Source: a virus
DNA: 64,000 bases
Direction: 5' to 3' (one strand)
IMG/VR virus record: IMGVR_UViG_3300045988_165922
Span: 37,893 to 101,892 of that record
Each line of letters begins with the position of its first letter. Position 1 is the stretch's first letter. Below the pieces are notes generated by a model. That model made no database searches, had not been told where the DNA came from, and saw nothing but the letters and a program-made list of their open reading frames with translations. A program made the translations under genes and the position numbers. Below, one piece after another: positions 42,863 to 53,553 of the stretch.

Positions 42863-44077
42863 ATGACCCATCAGGAGGCGGTCTTATTGGAAAAACGAAC
42901 GATTTCCCTGATAATCGGCTCCGGAGGGCTTCTCACAACCATCAAAAAGGCCCTTACGAGAGCCGGAAACATGCGTTGGCAGGTGCCCGCCGCAGACAAT
43001 ATTCAAGCACAGGCCGACTATCTGATAAGACATCCGGTGCCCTCCGGGTTCAAAGGAATCATCTTCACCGACAGGGCTGGAAACTGGCTTCCGATAGCCA
43101 ACGCCGGATACATGGTCTACTGGTGCAACACCGGTCAGATACCGGTCGGAGCCATGGGCATGAGCGAACAGATGTTACGCATGAGCGTGGCTGATTTCGC
43201 ACGGACTTATTGGGGAATCCAGCTTGCGGACAAGCGTCTCGTAGTCGATATCCTCCAAAACAAAGTGAAGGAGACTGCGGTTCTCCTACCCATCACATCC
43301 AACACCGGAGGAGTGGGGAAGACCACGTCCAGCCGACAGTTGGCAGACCGTGCGTCGCAAGCCGGATTGCGTGTTCTACTCATCGACGGGAACATCAGAC
43401 AGTCCAGCCAACGTAGTTTTTTCGACCCGAGACAGGACAAGCCATTGCATACGATAGCCGACTGGCGACCGGGCATGCAGGTGCAGGTCGGAGCCAATCG
43501 AGGACGTGACCTTGGGGTTCCATACGACATCTGTTTCGCACCTCCAGCAGGCGTCGGAGTGGACTGGCAGATATACCGTCAGTACATCCAAGCGGCACGC
43601 CGACTGTGGGATTTCGTCGTGCTCGACCTTGACCGAATCAGCGCGGACGATTTGGATGATAGGGAGAATATCGCCAACGGTTTACTGCTTCCATACATTC
43701 AATCGGGAGACCCTTGTCTGGTTATCGTCAAGGCTGGAAGGCAGACGCAGATAGACGCGTTGAATCTGCTGACGGCCTTGGCTGAGCATCATCTTCCGAA
43801 GGAACTCATCGGCATCAAGGACACTGTTCCGGTCGGACTGCAAGGTTACAGACGGCTCGACTATACGAGATATGGGACGTTTCTCGGAACCGAATATCAG
43901 ACGGTCGAGGCAAGCAACCATATCGCCAACGGTGATGTCAGATGGGATGACCCCGGTCTTGCTTTTGCTAGGGAGAACATTCTTAACTGGGCTTTGCCCG
44001 ACCGTGGTTTCAATCCGGAAAGATTCAATCCGAACGCTAAGAATAGTGAAGGAAAGAAAGGTCGTGGGCGTAAGTGA
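42863..44077 (+). CDS. ParA/MinD-family ATPase with a ~140-aa N-terminal extension (CpaE/VirC1-like architecture), 404 aa
   Basis: deviant Walker A ITSNTGGVGKTT in mid-protein; Walker B-like VVLDLD. Confidence 0.65.
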   Translation: MTHQEAVLLEKRTISLIIGSGGLLTTIKKALTRAGNMRWQVPAADNIQAQADYLIRHPVPSGFKGIIFTDRAGNWLPIANAGYMVYWCNTGQIPVGAMGMSEQMLRMSVADFARTYWGIQLADKRLVVDILQNKVKETAVLLPITSNTGGVGKTTSSRQLADRASQAGLRVLLIDGNIRQSSQRSFFDPRQDKPLHTIADWRPGMQVQVGANRGRDLGVPYDICFAPPAGVGVDWQIYRQYIQAARRLWDFVVLDLDRISADDLDDRENIANGLLLPYIQSGDPCLVIVKAGRQTQIDALNLLTALAEHHLPKELIGIKDTVPVGLQGYRRLDYTRYGTFLGTEYQTVEASNHIANGDVRWDDPGLAFARENILNWALPDRGFNPERFNPNAKNSEGKKGRGRK

Positions 44078-45270
44078 CATTCGATGACCGTTTTCTTTTC
44101 GACCCGAACGACGAGAATCTTTGGAAGACCGGAAGCATTGCCGACTGGTATAAAGGCAACGACATGTTCGAGATGGAGCATCCCGGATTGTTCGCGCAGA
44201 CCCACCCGTGGTTCGTTGCGAACAAACTGTTCGCGGAGACAATGGTGAAAGCGAACAGCGAACTCGTTTCGAGTATCCTCGGAGCATTGTTCACTTGGAA
44301 GACATGCACGGTTGACCAACTGCGTGCGGGACTTTCCATCAAAGGCGCTCCCGCTTTCGAGCGTGACGAACCGAACCTGTATGGTGCGATGAACCGTTTA
44401 GGAATCATCAACGTCGGTTTCAGTCAGGCGGAACGATTGTACGGTCAGACCGTGAATCATGTTTGGCTTTCACCGTCGAACAGTCCACGTCTTATCAACC
44501 GTGCGATGAAATTGTACGGGATGGAAAAGTGGATGCGTGAGACGATGGCGGTTTCCTATTACGCGGGGAATCGTTTCCATGTTCGGCATAACACTTATGC
44601 GGCGCACGCGGGATTGATGTTGGCACGCGATTCACGTGTGAAATTTTCATCCGGTGATGGTTGGGGGAAATTCCGTAGCGTTGACCCACAGGCTGTTGCC
44701 GAATCGAAAGTCGGCAAGGCTTGCGCTACCGATGTGGTGACGTTGTGCCGGAACAATGTGTTGGCGGGTATCGAAATCCAAACGTCGAACAGCGAATTGG
44801 ATAAGAAGATGCAGAACTGGGCGAAGATGCTCGCCTACTCTCCGATGAAACGTCGCGGACTCATCTGCGTATGGTTGCAGATACCGAAGGCGAACGAAGG
44901 TTACGAATCGTTCAATGCGGTGATACAACGCACGCAAGGCATGACGGAAATGGTCGTGGGCAATCCGACCGTGTCGCAACGAATGGGAGTCGCGGTTTGG
45001 GATGAATGGTTCGAGCATGGAATTCCAACCGACAGGTTCGGTGAATATACGGACATGAGTGGAACACGGCGCAACATTTTCTCCGACGAGTGGGTGCAAT
45101 ACACTCCGCAAGTTCGTGACGTTCGCAAAGTCAGCGAATGGGGTTGGGACGTGACGTGGGACATCATCAAAAAGGATTGGGGTTGGGACGTTTCCGGTTG
45201 GACGATGCCGGAAGCGTACCGTGGCGGTTTCTACGGTTTCATTGGAAAGGATTGCGATGGTCTCCACTGA
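44074..45270 (+). CDS. hypothetical protein, 398 aa
   Basis: ORF track; overlaps the upstream stop (GTGA). Confidence 0.55.
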   Translation: MTFDDRFLFDPNDENLWKTGSIADWYKGNDMFEMEHPGLFAQTHPWFVANKLFAETMVKANSELVSSILGALFTWKTCTVDQLRAGLSIKGAPAFERDEPNLYGAMNRLGIINVGFSQAERLYGQTVNHVWLSPSNSPRLINRAMKLYGMEKWMRETMAVSYYAGNRFHVRHNTYAAHAGLMLARDSRVKFSSGDGWGKFRSVDPQAVAESKVGKACATDVVTLCRNNVLAGIEIQTSNSELDKKMQNWAKMLAYSPMKRRGLICVWLQIPKANEGYESFNAVIQRTQGMTEMVVGNPTVSQRMGVAVWDEWFEHGIPTDRFGEYTDMSGTRRNIFSDEWVQYTPQVRDVRKVSEWGWDVTWDIIKKDWGWDVSGWTMPEAYRGGFYGFIGKDCDGLH

Positions 45271-45697
45271 GGAATCATTCCAACAGACACAGGACGCGTT
45301 GGATGTAGCAAGATTGGAACGTGCGCGGGCTTTGCAACAGGTTCAGACATTATGTGAGACGGGACGTAGACATTTGGTCATTCCGTTTCTGATGGCGAAC
45401 ATGCAACGTGTTCCCGCATTACGGAAGATACGACTCTGGCAGTTGGATTCGATAATGTTCAACACTTCCCGGCGGATTGCGAACAAAACAATCCGCGTCA
45501 TGCGTGAAACCATCAACGATGATTCGAGTGTGAACGATGGTTACGTGACATTGGGTTGGGCGTTGGAGTCGAAGGAGAAAACCGTCCGGATGACGACGTG
45601 GCTTCTCCAATTGTCGTTACGTGAGAGGCTTTCCACTTTCCAGAAGCCGGAAGGTTTCCCATACGCGCAGTTGTATCAGCAGAGCACGGATGATTAA
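45257..45697 (+). CDS. hypothetical protein, ~146 aa
   Basis: start MVSTEE with RBS GGAAAGGA; alternative upstream start at 45221. Confidence 0.4.
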   Translation: MVSTEESFQQTQDALDVARLERARALQQVQTLCETGRRHLVIPFLMANMQRVPALRKIRLWQLDSIMFNTSRRIANKTIRVMRETINDDSSVNDGYVTLGWALESKEKTVRMTTWLLQLSLRERLSTFQKPEGFPYAQLYQQSTDD

Positions 45698-45722
45698 ACA
45701 AAAAAGGAAAGGAAGGTAAAAC

Positions 45723-48383
45723 ATGGGTAATCCGAACTGGTATCAGATAACCAGAACGTTGCAACAGTTAGACCCGGACGAGCAACGTTCGAAAGTGGAG
45801 AGCATTCCCGCCGAACTGGATGGTTGCACCCTTCTCCTCATCAAGAAGGGCGAGGAGCCGGTCAAGGAATATATTTACGGCGACGGCGAGGGAATCGTCA
45901 ACGCCGGACAGTTGGCTGGTTTTGACGCGAGACTGGTCGAAGGTGATGAGGAACCGGTGTTGCCGGATGGCGTGAACAGTGCGGCGCATCCTCTCATCCC
46001 GTTCCGTGCCCGGTTGAACTCGAAAAGCAACATGGAGAAAATGCGGACGAACTATTCCGGCGTTCGTACAAGCATCGAGAAGGTCATGCCGCCGGACAGT
46101 TATGTGAGCGTCACGCTTCGCAATCAGGGATACTTCGAGCAGATTCGTATTCGTAATTGGATTAGCGACGAATACAATGCGGTCGAGGATTCAAGCGAAC
46201 TTGCTTCGACCAACACGATGTGCGCCCGTGTGAGTTTCGGTTGCCGTCAGGTTTCGCGTAACCGACAGCTTGCGCAGAAGATTGGTCAAATCATCTGCCC
46301 GCTCATATCCAACATGTCCAGTCATGCGAGCCGTCCGAAATTCGGTTTGCTGTTCGTCAGCATGCTGTTGGAAGTGTTGTCCGTGATTTGGAGTGTGTGC
46401 GGTCTTGCAAGAGGATACGTGATGGATGGCGTGTTCCCATTGTTCCATTCCGCTTGGGGTTTCGGAATCGCGCTTCCACTGCTTGCGGTGACGTTGGTCG
46501 TGTTCCTGTTCCTCATGCTGTTGTCGTGCATTCCGTTCGTTTACATTCCGCGACCTCAGATTGCTGGTGGAGCGGTGGCGCTCATGCTTTACCTGCTGTT
46601 GGGGTTGCTTCCGCTTCCGACGTTCATTCCGATTCTTTTCGTTCCGCTTCTTGTCTTCGCGTTCATCCGTTGGAAGAATTGGACGTTGTGGGATGATATT
46701 TTCCAAACGCCACGCAGATATTATGCGATTGCGAACGACCGTGGCGCGAACGAGTCCGATAATCAGACCCGTCTTGGCGTGCGCACTCATAAGGAGCGCG
46801 TGTCGGCTTATGGTGCGCAACGTACCACGTTGATTCTTTCCCCGATTATCGTAAGTTCCGTGTTCACTCCGGTCACTCAGGGAGTGGCGATGAAACAGGA
46901 GTTGCATCCGGTTCCGGAAGTATTGTCGCATGATGGCATCTTCCTTGGGAAGGATGATACGGGACGTAACTGTTATCTCGACCCGTCGCAATTGTTCGGC
47001 GGTATCGCCATCAACGGCGAGGCCGGTTCCGGTAAGACCGTGCTCACCCATGGCATCAGCCAGTGGGCCATCAGCGCACGCGAGACCACCAGTCCGAAAA
47101 TCTGGGGACGCGACTCCCGTATCATCCATTTTTGGATGAAGGATGATACCGGTGTTAACGTGTTGGAACGTTATCGCAAACGTCACGGTTTCACCAGTCC
47201 GCAACGCGTCGTCTATTTGGCAGACCCGAACAGTGTGTGCTTGGACATGCTTGGCATGAAGGACGGGAACAATGCGATGGAGACTGCGGCGAGCGTGGCG
47301 AAGACCATGCGTTACTCGTTCGATGACGGTGATATTCTGAACGACTCGCAGAACATCATCACCCAAGCGTTGACCATCGGCGTGGCGGTTGACCGTTACG
47401 TGCAGGAGGAGCGTAAGCATAATCCCGAATCCGCGAACAAGGATTGGGAAAGCGAGATTGTGAAACGTTGCCATCAGCTCGAACAATCGTATCCGGGTGC
47501 GGAACAGTTGCGAATGCAGTTGAGTCCAATCGGATGGGCCGTCGTCGCATTATGCGGTTCCGACGGTCAGGCCGGTTCCGCGAAAGCGTTGGGTCATGTG
47601 TGCCGCGCGTTGAGCATGGAATTGAAGAGTGGCTACATGTTCGAGGAGATGACGTATGCCGCCCGTGCCGCCGAGCAATTATATGGCCGTCCGGACGCGG
47701 CTGGTCATACGGTTCGTTCCGACCGTGACATTCTCGCCAAGACGAACGCCTCGTTGAACAAGGTGAACCAGTTCCTTCCCATCGAACACATGTTCACGGC
47801 ACGTCGCGGCAAGGTGACTTGGACGAACATTCTCGACCATGCTGGCGATTATCACATTGTGCTCGCACCGCATAATGGTTATTCGTTGCCGGAACGTATG
47901 GATAAGATTCTCGGCGGCTGGCTCATGTACCGTTTCTGGAATACGGTGTTCGCGCATTGCAAGGATTGGGACAAGGCTGGCAAGTGGACGATGCTCGTAT
48001 GCGACGAGTTGAGCCTGTTGGCTAACGGCAATGACGGTATCATGCCCGCGTTGCGTGAGCAGGGTCGTTCGTTCGGTCTTCTTCTCGTGTTCGCCACCCA
48101 GTATCCGACCCAGTTGTCCGACGCGATGTTGGATTCGTTCATCGGCTATTCGACGTTCATCACATACAATACGACGATTCCGCGTATTGCCGATATGACG
48201 GCGAAACGTTTGACGAACAATGATGGTGAGGATGGTTGGCGTTCGGGCGCGGTGATGAATCTTCCACGTTATGCGGCGGCTGTTCGCACTCGAACCCAAG
48301 AACAGTTGCAACCGACGTTCCTTGTTCATGTGAACGATTTCGATAACGGTTATCGCAATGGTGACATGGATGATGATGACTAG
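45723..48383 (+). CDS. FtsK/VirD4-type coupling ATPase (T4CP-like) with central TM region, 886 aa
   Basis: TM helices at ~200-330; Walker A INGEAGSGKT; Walker B WTMLVCDELSLL; RBS AAAGGAAAGGAAGG. Confidence 0.7.
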   Translation: MGNPNWYQITRTLQQLDPDEQRSKVESIPAELDGCTLLLIKKGEEPVKEYIYGDGEGIVNAGQLAGFDARLVEGDEEPVLPDGVNSAAHPLIPFRARLNSKSNMEKMRTNYSGVRTSIEKVMPPDSYVSVTLRNQGYFEQIRIRNWISDEYNAVEDSSELASTNTMCARVSFGCRQVSRNRQLAQKIGQIICPLISNMSSHASRPKFGLLFVSMLLEVLSVIWSVCGLARGYVMDGVFPLFHSAWGFGIALPLLAVTLVVFLFLMLLSCIPFVYIPRPQIAGGAVALMLYLLLGLLPLPTFIPILFVPLLVFAFIRWKNWTLWDDIFQTPRRYYAIANDRGANESDNQTRLGVRTHKERVSAYGAQRTTLILSPIIVSSVFTPVTQGVAMKQELHPVPEVLSHDGIFLGKDDTGRNCYLDPSQLFGGIAINGEAGSGKTVLTHGISQWAISARETTSPKIWGRDSRIIHFWMKDDTGVNVLERYRKRHGFTSPQRVVYLADPNSVCLDMLGMKDGNNAMETAASVAKTMRYSFDDGDILNDSQNIITQALTIGVAVDRYVQEERKHNPESANKDWESEIVKRCHQLEQSYPGAEQLRMQLSPIGWAVVALCGSDGQAGSAKALGHVCRALSMELKSGYMFEEMTYAARAAEQLYGRPDAAGHTVRSDRDILAKTNASLNKVNQFLPIEHMFTARRGKVTWTNILDHAGDYHIVLAPHNGYSLPERMDKILGGWLMYRFWNTVFAHCKDWDKAGKWTMLVCDELSLLANGNDGIMPALREQGRSFGLLLVFATQYPTQLSDAMLDSFIGYSTFITYNTTIPRIADMTAKRLTNNDGEDGWRSGAVMNLPRYAAAVRTRTQEQLQPTFLVHVNDFDNGYRNGDMDDDD

Positions 48384-48412
48384 TTTTTAGCGTTCATCAT
48401 ATCGCTTTTCAG

Positions 48413-48451
48413 AATCCGTTCGGAACTTTCAACTTCCGGACGGATTTTTTT
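48413..48451 (+). terminator. rho-independent terminator (aatccgttcgg...ccggacggatt + TTTTTTT)
   Basis: 11-bp stem then T-run, ~30 nt after the T4CP stop. Confidence 0.7.
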
Positions 48452-48549
48452 AACCTAAAAACCTCGCTATGACTGGAAACAACCGCGTAGGTTGATAGGA
48501 TGAAAAATGCAGGAGAGTTCCGTTTGGAAAACGAAAGGGAACTCAAAAA

Positions 48550-48894
48550 ATGGGTGGAACCATTACCTTGGCTGGAAGCAGCCTTGAGAGCACCTATCAT
48601 AAGATGTTCGACACCATTTTGAGCAGTAGCGCGGGAACCGTGTTGACCAACATCGGTCTTGCCGCCGCAGTGCTTCTCGCACTCGGCCTTATCGCCGGTG
48701 GCATTTGCAAGGCGTTGGGACGTCAGAACAAAGTCGTGCAGATGTTCTGCCCGACCATCGGTCGTGTTCTCGTCGTCCTCGCAGTCGGATTCATTCTCGC
48801 TGGCCCGACCATCACCATTCCGGCAATTCTTAAGTTGATTGACTGGTTCGTTGACGCGTTTGGCAGCAGTGGAAAGACCTATCTGGGAATCTGA
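48550..48894 (+). CDS. small polytopic membrane protein, 114 aa (VirB2/TrbC-like candidate)
   Basis: ORF track; 2-3 TM helices; sits between the T4CP-like and VirB6-like genes. Confidence 0.45.
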   Translation: MGGTITLAGSSLESTYHKMFDTILSSSAGTVLTNIGLAAAVLLALGLIAGGICKALGRQNKVVQMFCPTIGRVLVVLAVGFILAGPTITIPAILKLIDWFVDAFGSSGKTYLGI

Positions 48895-48999
48895 CATCCG
48901 CAGAAGGAAAACCGGAGTGGATATGCGAAGAGGACCTTTCCGGTTCTGTTCCCACTCCGGTTTTCTTTTAAGAACCTTACGTACGAAAAGAGTTGAATC

Positions 49000-49422
49000 A
49001 TGAGCGATGAGGAAGACGAAGGATACAAAGGTCCCTTGCATCCGAGGTTGACGATGGACGACATCACGGAAGTGTCCGGCCCGGAGGAAATCGAACGGAA
49101 GAACACGTTCCAGATAACCAAGAACACTGAGGCCCGTTCCAAAACCGTGTTCTCCGTTATCGTCGGCGCATTGGCGGGCTTGGCTCTTTGCCTCATATTC
49201 GCCCCGTTGCTCGGATACATGTTCAGCTCGTTCTTCGTACTGTTGGGCGGAATACTGGCTCCGTTCTTCGCAGTCGGCACCATTAGAGACCGCACCCAAC
49301 AGACACGGTGGAAGAGAACCTTGCAGGATATGAAGAGCCGCAAGATTGAAGGGCAGGTCTTCTACCCGAATTCCACTCAGCCGGAAAACATTATCGACCT
49401 TCAAGAAATGGAAATCCGTTGA
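49000..49422 (+). CDS. small 2-TM membrane protein, 140 aa (VirB3-like candidate)
   Basis: ORF track; RBS GAAAAGAG; overlaps the downstream gene by ATGA. Confidence 0.45.
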   Translation: MSDEEDEGYKGPLHPRLTMDDITEVSGPEEIERKNTFQITKNTEARSKTVFSVIVGALAGLALCLIFAPLLGYMFSSFFVLLGGILAPFFAVGTIRDRTQQTRWKRTLQDMKSRKIEGQVFYPNSTQPENIIDLQEMEIR

Positions 49423-52400
49423 ATACAAAATATCGAGACCCAGTGAAACGGGCGGGTAGAAGGAACCTGCTCGTCATTCTGATGTTGTGCGTGGTCATGA
49501 CATTGTTCGTCTTGCCGTCCAGCGTGTTCGCCGCACAGGTCAACGATTCGACCACGACGATAACATGCGCCAACGGTGGAACTGACAGTGCTACATCAGA
49601 CATCTCTAGTTGTCTTCCTTCCGGACGTTGGGGAAACTACGTTGGGGAAATCACTTCGCGTACGGAACCGTACAGTGGCAGCGATGTCGCCGGTTGGTTC
49701 TCGAACGTCAAGCAGACCATCAGCTCGCAGACCCATATCGTCCTTCCCAACATTCTGATGCAGTTGACTCAGGTCTGCTGGTCTTCCGCATTGTCCATCA
49801 GCCAGTTCGCCGCTTCGTTCGAGCCAATGAAACAGGCTGGTGCGAACATCGACTCCGCAGTGTCCACCATGGTGACAAGTCTGATGGACGGCGGCATCCC
49901 CGCCACCATCGCAGTGCTCGGCATCGTGGCTTGGGTTGGCGCGGCTGGATTCCAAATCGGCACCGTCAAAGAGGCGAGCAAACGAATCGTCATCATGGTT
50001 CTCTGCTTCGCTTCAATCACGATGCTTGGAGCTGGAGCGGCCAAGACCGGGAAGAACGCCACAGAACCGGCGACCGGAAGCCCATGGTGGGTCGTGCAGA
50101 CAATCAACAACACCATCAACAAGCTTTCGGTCAACCTCGACCTTGACGGTATGGCCGACAGTGATAAAAACATGATGTCCTACCATCATGCGGCGAACGG
50201 TGCGAAAACCAATTGTCAGGATTACCTGTACTTCATGCATCAGGCATATGGCGAACAGGCGAAGTCCAACGGCAATCAGGATACAAGCAACGTCACCAAG
50301 GCCATCAACCGTATTTGGGAGGAGACCTCCCTTCGCTCGTTCGTGACCATGCAGTACGGAAACCCGCAGACCACCGGAACATCCTCGTTCCGTATCGCGG
50401 AAAACGCCCGGCAAGGTTACTGCCACGTGTTGGAGATGAAAGCCAACACGAACACGACCATCCAGAAGGATTTGACCAACAAGGCCATGGCGTTGCACAT
50501 CAGCGACCAGCGAGCCAAATGGTTGTTCTCCGTGGACGGTTGGGTAGACCCGCGTAATCCTTACTTCACCGACAAGCCGTTGGAAAGGGAGAACGCGACA
50601 TATCTCAGCCGTGCGGGCGTGTTCTGGGAAACCTGTGGCACGAAACGCAATCAGGAAATCTACGCGCGAGCCGGATGGGCAACACTCATCAACAATCTCG
50701 GTGACACAGGAACCAAGAACATCAAGAACGGCAGTACGAAAGTACGCGTCAAAATTGACGACTTGGACAATGTGAAACCGACCAACGGTGGCAAAGGCGT
50801 GATGGACACGAAACAGAACGGCAGCGAAGACGAAACCATCCAACAGACCACTTCGGTCTGCCAGACGATTCTCAAACAGGGTTCCGTAATCTTCTCCCGT
50901 TCCACCGATATCAACAAGGAGGATGACGGAACATATAAAGACCAGCAGAACGACACCAACTGGGGCGACTCCGCCACGGTCGGATGGCGTTTCGACGTGC
51001 CGAACGTTTCCGGAACTTGGAGTGAGGCGAATCTTCGTGACGCTCAGGATGATTCCACGGTCACGGGCGGTGCGAAGAAAACCATCGACTACATGTATGG
51101 CAACAACAACGTCGATACGTTGGGTGCTTGCGGAACACTTATCGGAGGCATCGTCAATCTCGTGGTCTGGGGATTGTTGAGCCTTGTTCTAATACTGACG
51201 AAGCTCATGCTGATAATGATGGCGTTGTTCCTCGTGGTCACGTTCCTTGTCCAAGCGTTCCCGATTGGCGAGAAGCCGAAGACGGCGTTGAAGAACTGGG
51301 CGACGTACACCTGCCAGTTGAGTATGGTAGGAGCGTTGTACGGTGCGCTCGGCGCTCTCGCAACATTCATTTGTGGCCTGACGTTGAAGTTCACCTCTGC
51401 CAGCAGTGGTTCGTTCACCTACCAGTTGATTGCGGGATTGAGTCCGGTGTTGGCTCTCGCCGCAATCGGCATGTTCTGTTCGAAAGTGTTGAAGTGTGGT
51501 AATCCGTTCAGCGTCAACGCTCTCATGGGAATGGCGGGTGGAACCGCAATGGCGTCCGGTCTTCGCAAGGGAATGCACATGATTGGACAGTACCGTATGA
51601 TTCGCGCCATGCGTGGCGGATTCCGTCGTGGCGGCAATGGTGTCGGACGTTTGTCCACGAACGGTACCGGCGCTGGCATGGCCCATAACGGAGCACGTCA
51701 AAGCGCGACCGTCCTGAGCAAGATGAGCCGCGCGCAACAGGATTCGTTGAGTCAGGGCGATAGGAATCTGATGAATCGTAACGCCAAGGAGTTCGAGGCG
51801 ATTCAGACGCGTGGACGCGGAAGCAAGAACTGGGCACGAATGGACAAGAGCACGGTGAGAGGAAGTCTTGCCGGTACGAAACTCCATTTTGAGGATTCCA
51901 CGGGCAAGTTCAAGGGACGGTTGAACGAAGCCGTTTCCAAGTTCCATGGAGAGGACAATACGGAGGCGTTCGCCCATAGTATCGCTCAACGTCACCCGGG
52001 CATGTCCCTCAACGATGTGCAACGCAAAGCACAAAGGATGAACCATCTGAACAATGCCGGACGCAAACTTCAAGGCGCGGCAAGAGTCGCCGGAGCCGGA
52101 GCCGCAATGGCCGGTGCCGGTCTCGCTTTCGCCGCACGAGCCGCGAAGAGCGCTCCTTTGCGTAACGTAGCCGCACGCGGAGCGAAGGTCGCCGCGAAAG
52201 CCGCTGTCGCAGGAGCTTTGTTCTCCAATCCGATTACCGCACCGTTGGGATTGATTGCCGCAGGAAAGCTAGCTACCGACCGTAACCTCCATCATGGCCT
52301 AGCGGTGGGTGCGGGAGCCGCGATGGACAAAATCCGCGACATCAGGAACGCTGCTCCCGGCAGTATGAGGAAACGCGACCAGTGGCGTCGCAACGTGTTG

Positions 52401-53450
52401 GGCATGGCTAATGGTGACGCTCCGTTGTCGTCTCCGTTCTCCGGCACCGGTAACGGTGGTTCCGCCGATGGTGACAGTCCTATGCCTTCCCCGACGGCTC
52501 CGACTCCGAATGCCCCGACCCAAACCGGTGGTGCCGGTGGCGCGTCGCCTATTCCGACTGACGGTCAGACCGAGACGATTCCGACTGACGGTCAGACGGA
52601 AACGATTCCGGTGGACACTCCAACTGAATCGGTTCCAGCCGACGCTCAAGGACAGGCTCCGGTGTTGACTGAACAGTCCGCGTTCAATCAGGTTCGTGAG
52701 GGAATGATGGCAGACTTCACGAATAACCAGCACATGTCTCAAGAGGATGCGGAACAAGCTTTCCAAGAAGCCGTGGCCTCCGGTGAAGTCGATGATTCTG
52801 TCCAAGCGTATATGAGCCAAAACAATCAATCTCCTATCGAGAATGTGACGGCTCAACCTGAGATGAATGCCAATCAGCCGGTGTACAACACTGAGACAGG
52901 TGAGATTGTCGGTGAGACCCTACCCTCCGGAACGATGGACGCCGCCGTGTCCGCCGCCTCCACTTGGCAGAAGGCAACCGACAATGCGACTCCGATGCCT
53001 GAATCGGTGAACAATTCACTGCAACAGGCGTACATGCGCGAGAATCCGGTGCAACAGTCTCCGGAGGAGCATTTGCGTATGGCACAGGAGGAGTGGACTA
53101 GAACGACGGGTCTTCCGGGCGATATGATGCCTGCGAGTGCGGAACGTGCCATGAACCCGAATGGAATTCAGCCGAGTAGAGAATTCACGGTTGATTCCGG
53201 TCAGACGCAACAGAAGGGTTCGGTACAGGCGCAAGCTCCGCGACAGCAGTCTCAACCGCAGCCACAAGCTCAGGTAAGACAACAGCCATCGGTTCGAATG
53301 CAACCGCCAACCACACCGTCACCGACCGTCAAACAGCCAGTGGACGCCAACCCGTCAAACCTGACAGGTTTCCCCTCCGTAGGCAATCTTCACATGAAGA
53401 AACCGCCGACCGGAGGACAGCCGACACCCAAACCGCCGTTCATGAAGTGA
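49419..53450 (+). CDS. large polytopic membrane protein with signal peptide, central multi-TM region and Ala/Gln/Pro-rich C-terminus (VirB6/TrbL-like candidate), 1343 aa
   Basis: signal peptide; multiple TM helices at ~530-690; low-complexity C-terminal third. Confidence 0.5.
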   Translation: MNTKYRDPVKRAGRRNLLVILMLCVVMTLFVLPSSVFAAQVNDSTTTITCANGGTDSATSDISSCLPSGRWGNYVGEITSRTEPYSGSDVAGWFSNVKQTISSQTHIVLPNILMQLTQVCWSSALSISQFAASFEPMKQAGANIDSAVSTMVTSLMDGGIPATIAVLGIVAWVGAAGFQIGTVKEASKRIVIMVLCFASITMLGAGAAKTGKNATEPATGSPWWVVQTINNTINKLSVNLDLDGMADSDKNMMSYHHAANGAKTNCQDYLYFMHQAYGEQAKSNGNQDTSNVTKAINRIWEETSLRSFVTMQYGNPQTTGTSSFRIAENARQGYCHVLEMKANTNTTIQKDLTNKAMALHISDQRAKWLFSVDGWVDPRNPYFTDKPLERENATYLSRAGVFWETCGTKRNQEIYARAGWATLINNLGDTGTKNIKNGSTKVRVKIDDLDNVKPTNGGKGVMDTKQNGSEDETIQQTTSVCQTILKQGSVIFSRSTDINKEDDGTYKDQQNDTNWGDSATVGWRFDVPNVSGTWSEANLRDAQDDSTVTGGAKKTIDYMYGNNNVDTLGACGTLIGGIVNLVVWGLLSLVLILTKLMLIMMALFLVVTFLVQAFPIGEKPKTALKNWATYTCQLSMVGALYGALGALATFICGLTLKFTSASSGSFTYQLIAGLSPVLALAAIGMFCSKVLKCGNPFSVNALMGMAGGTAMASGLRKGMHMIGQYRMIRAMRGGFRRGGNGVGRLSTNGTGAGMAHNGARQSATVLSKMSRAQQDSLSQGDRNLMNRNAKEFEAIQTRGRGSKNWARMDKSTVRGSLAGTKLHFEDSTGKFKGRLNEAVSKFHGEDNTEAFAHSIAQRHPGMSLNDVQRKAQRMNHLNNAGRKLQGAARVAGAGAAMAGAGLAFAARAAKSAPLRNVAARGAKVAAKAAVAGALFSNPITAPLGLIAAGKLATDRNLHHGLAVGAGAAMDKIRDIRNAAPGSMRKRDQWRRNVLGMANGDAPLSSPFSGTGNGGSADGDSPMPSPTAPTPNAPTQTGGAGGASPIPTDGQTETIPTDGQTETIPVDTPTESVPADAQGQAPVLTEQSAFNQVREGMMADFTNNQHMSQEDAEQAFQEAVASGEVDDSVQAYMSQNNQSPIENVTAQPEMNANQPVYNTETGEIVGETLPSGTMDAAVSAASTWQKATDNATPMPESVNNSLQQAYMRENPVQQSPEEHLRMAQEEWTRTTGLPGDMMPASAERAMNPNGIQPSREFTVDSGQTQQKGSVQAQAPRQQSQPQPQAQVRQQPSVRMQPPTTPSPTVKQPVDANPSNLTGFPSVGNLHMKKPPTGGQPTPKPPFMK

Positions 53451-53465
53451 CGTCGGTTTAACCAT

Positions 53466-53520
53466 CCGGCGTCGAATGTTTTGAGCATCTTCCACAGCAT
53501 TCGACGCCGGTTCCCCTTTC
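53466..53520 (+). terminator. hairpin terminator (ccggcgtcgaatg ... cattcgacgccgg)
   Basis: perfect 13-bp stem ~15 nt after the 53450 stop. Confidence 0.6.
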
Positions 53521-53553
53521 GAAAAAACTTCCAACGTCAAGGAGATTAGAAAA

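Noticed and set aside
48409-49428. 339-aa minus-strand ORF
   Set aside because: It is antisense to two plus-strand membrane-protein genes (48550..48894 and 49000..49422) that have RBSs and TM helices. The plus-strand reading is co-directional with the flanking transfer genes.
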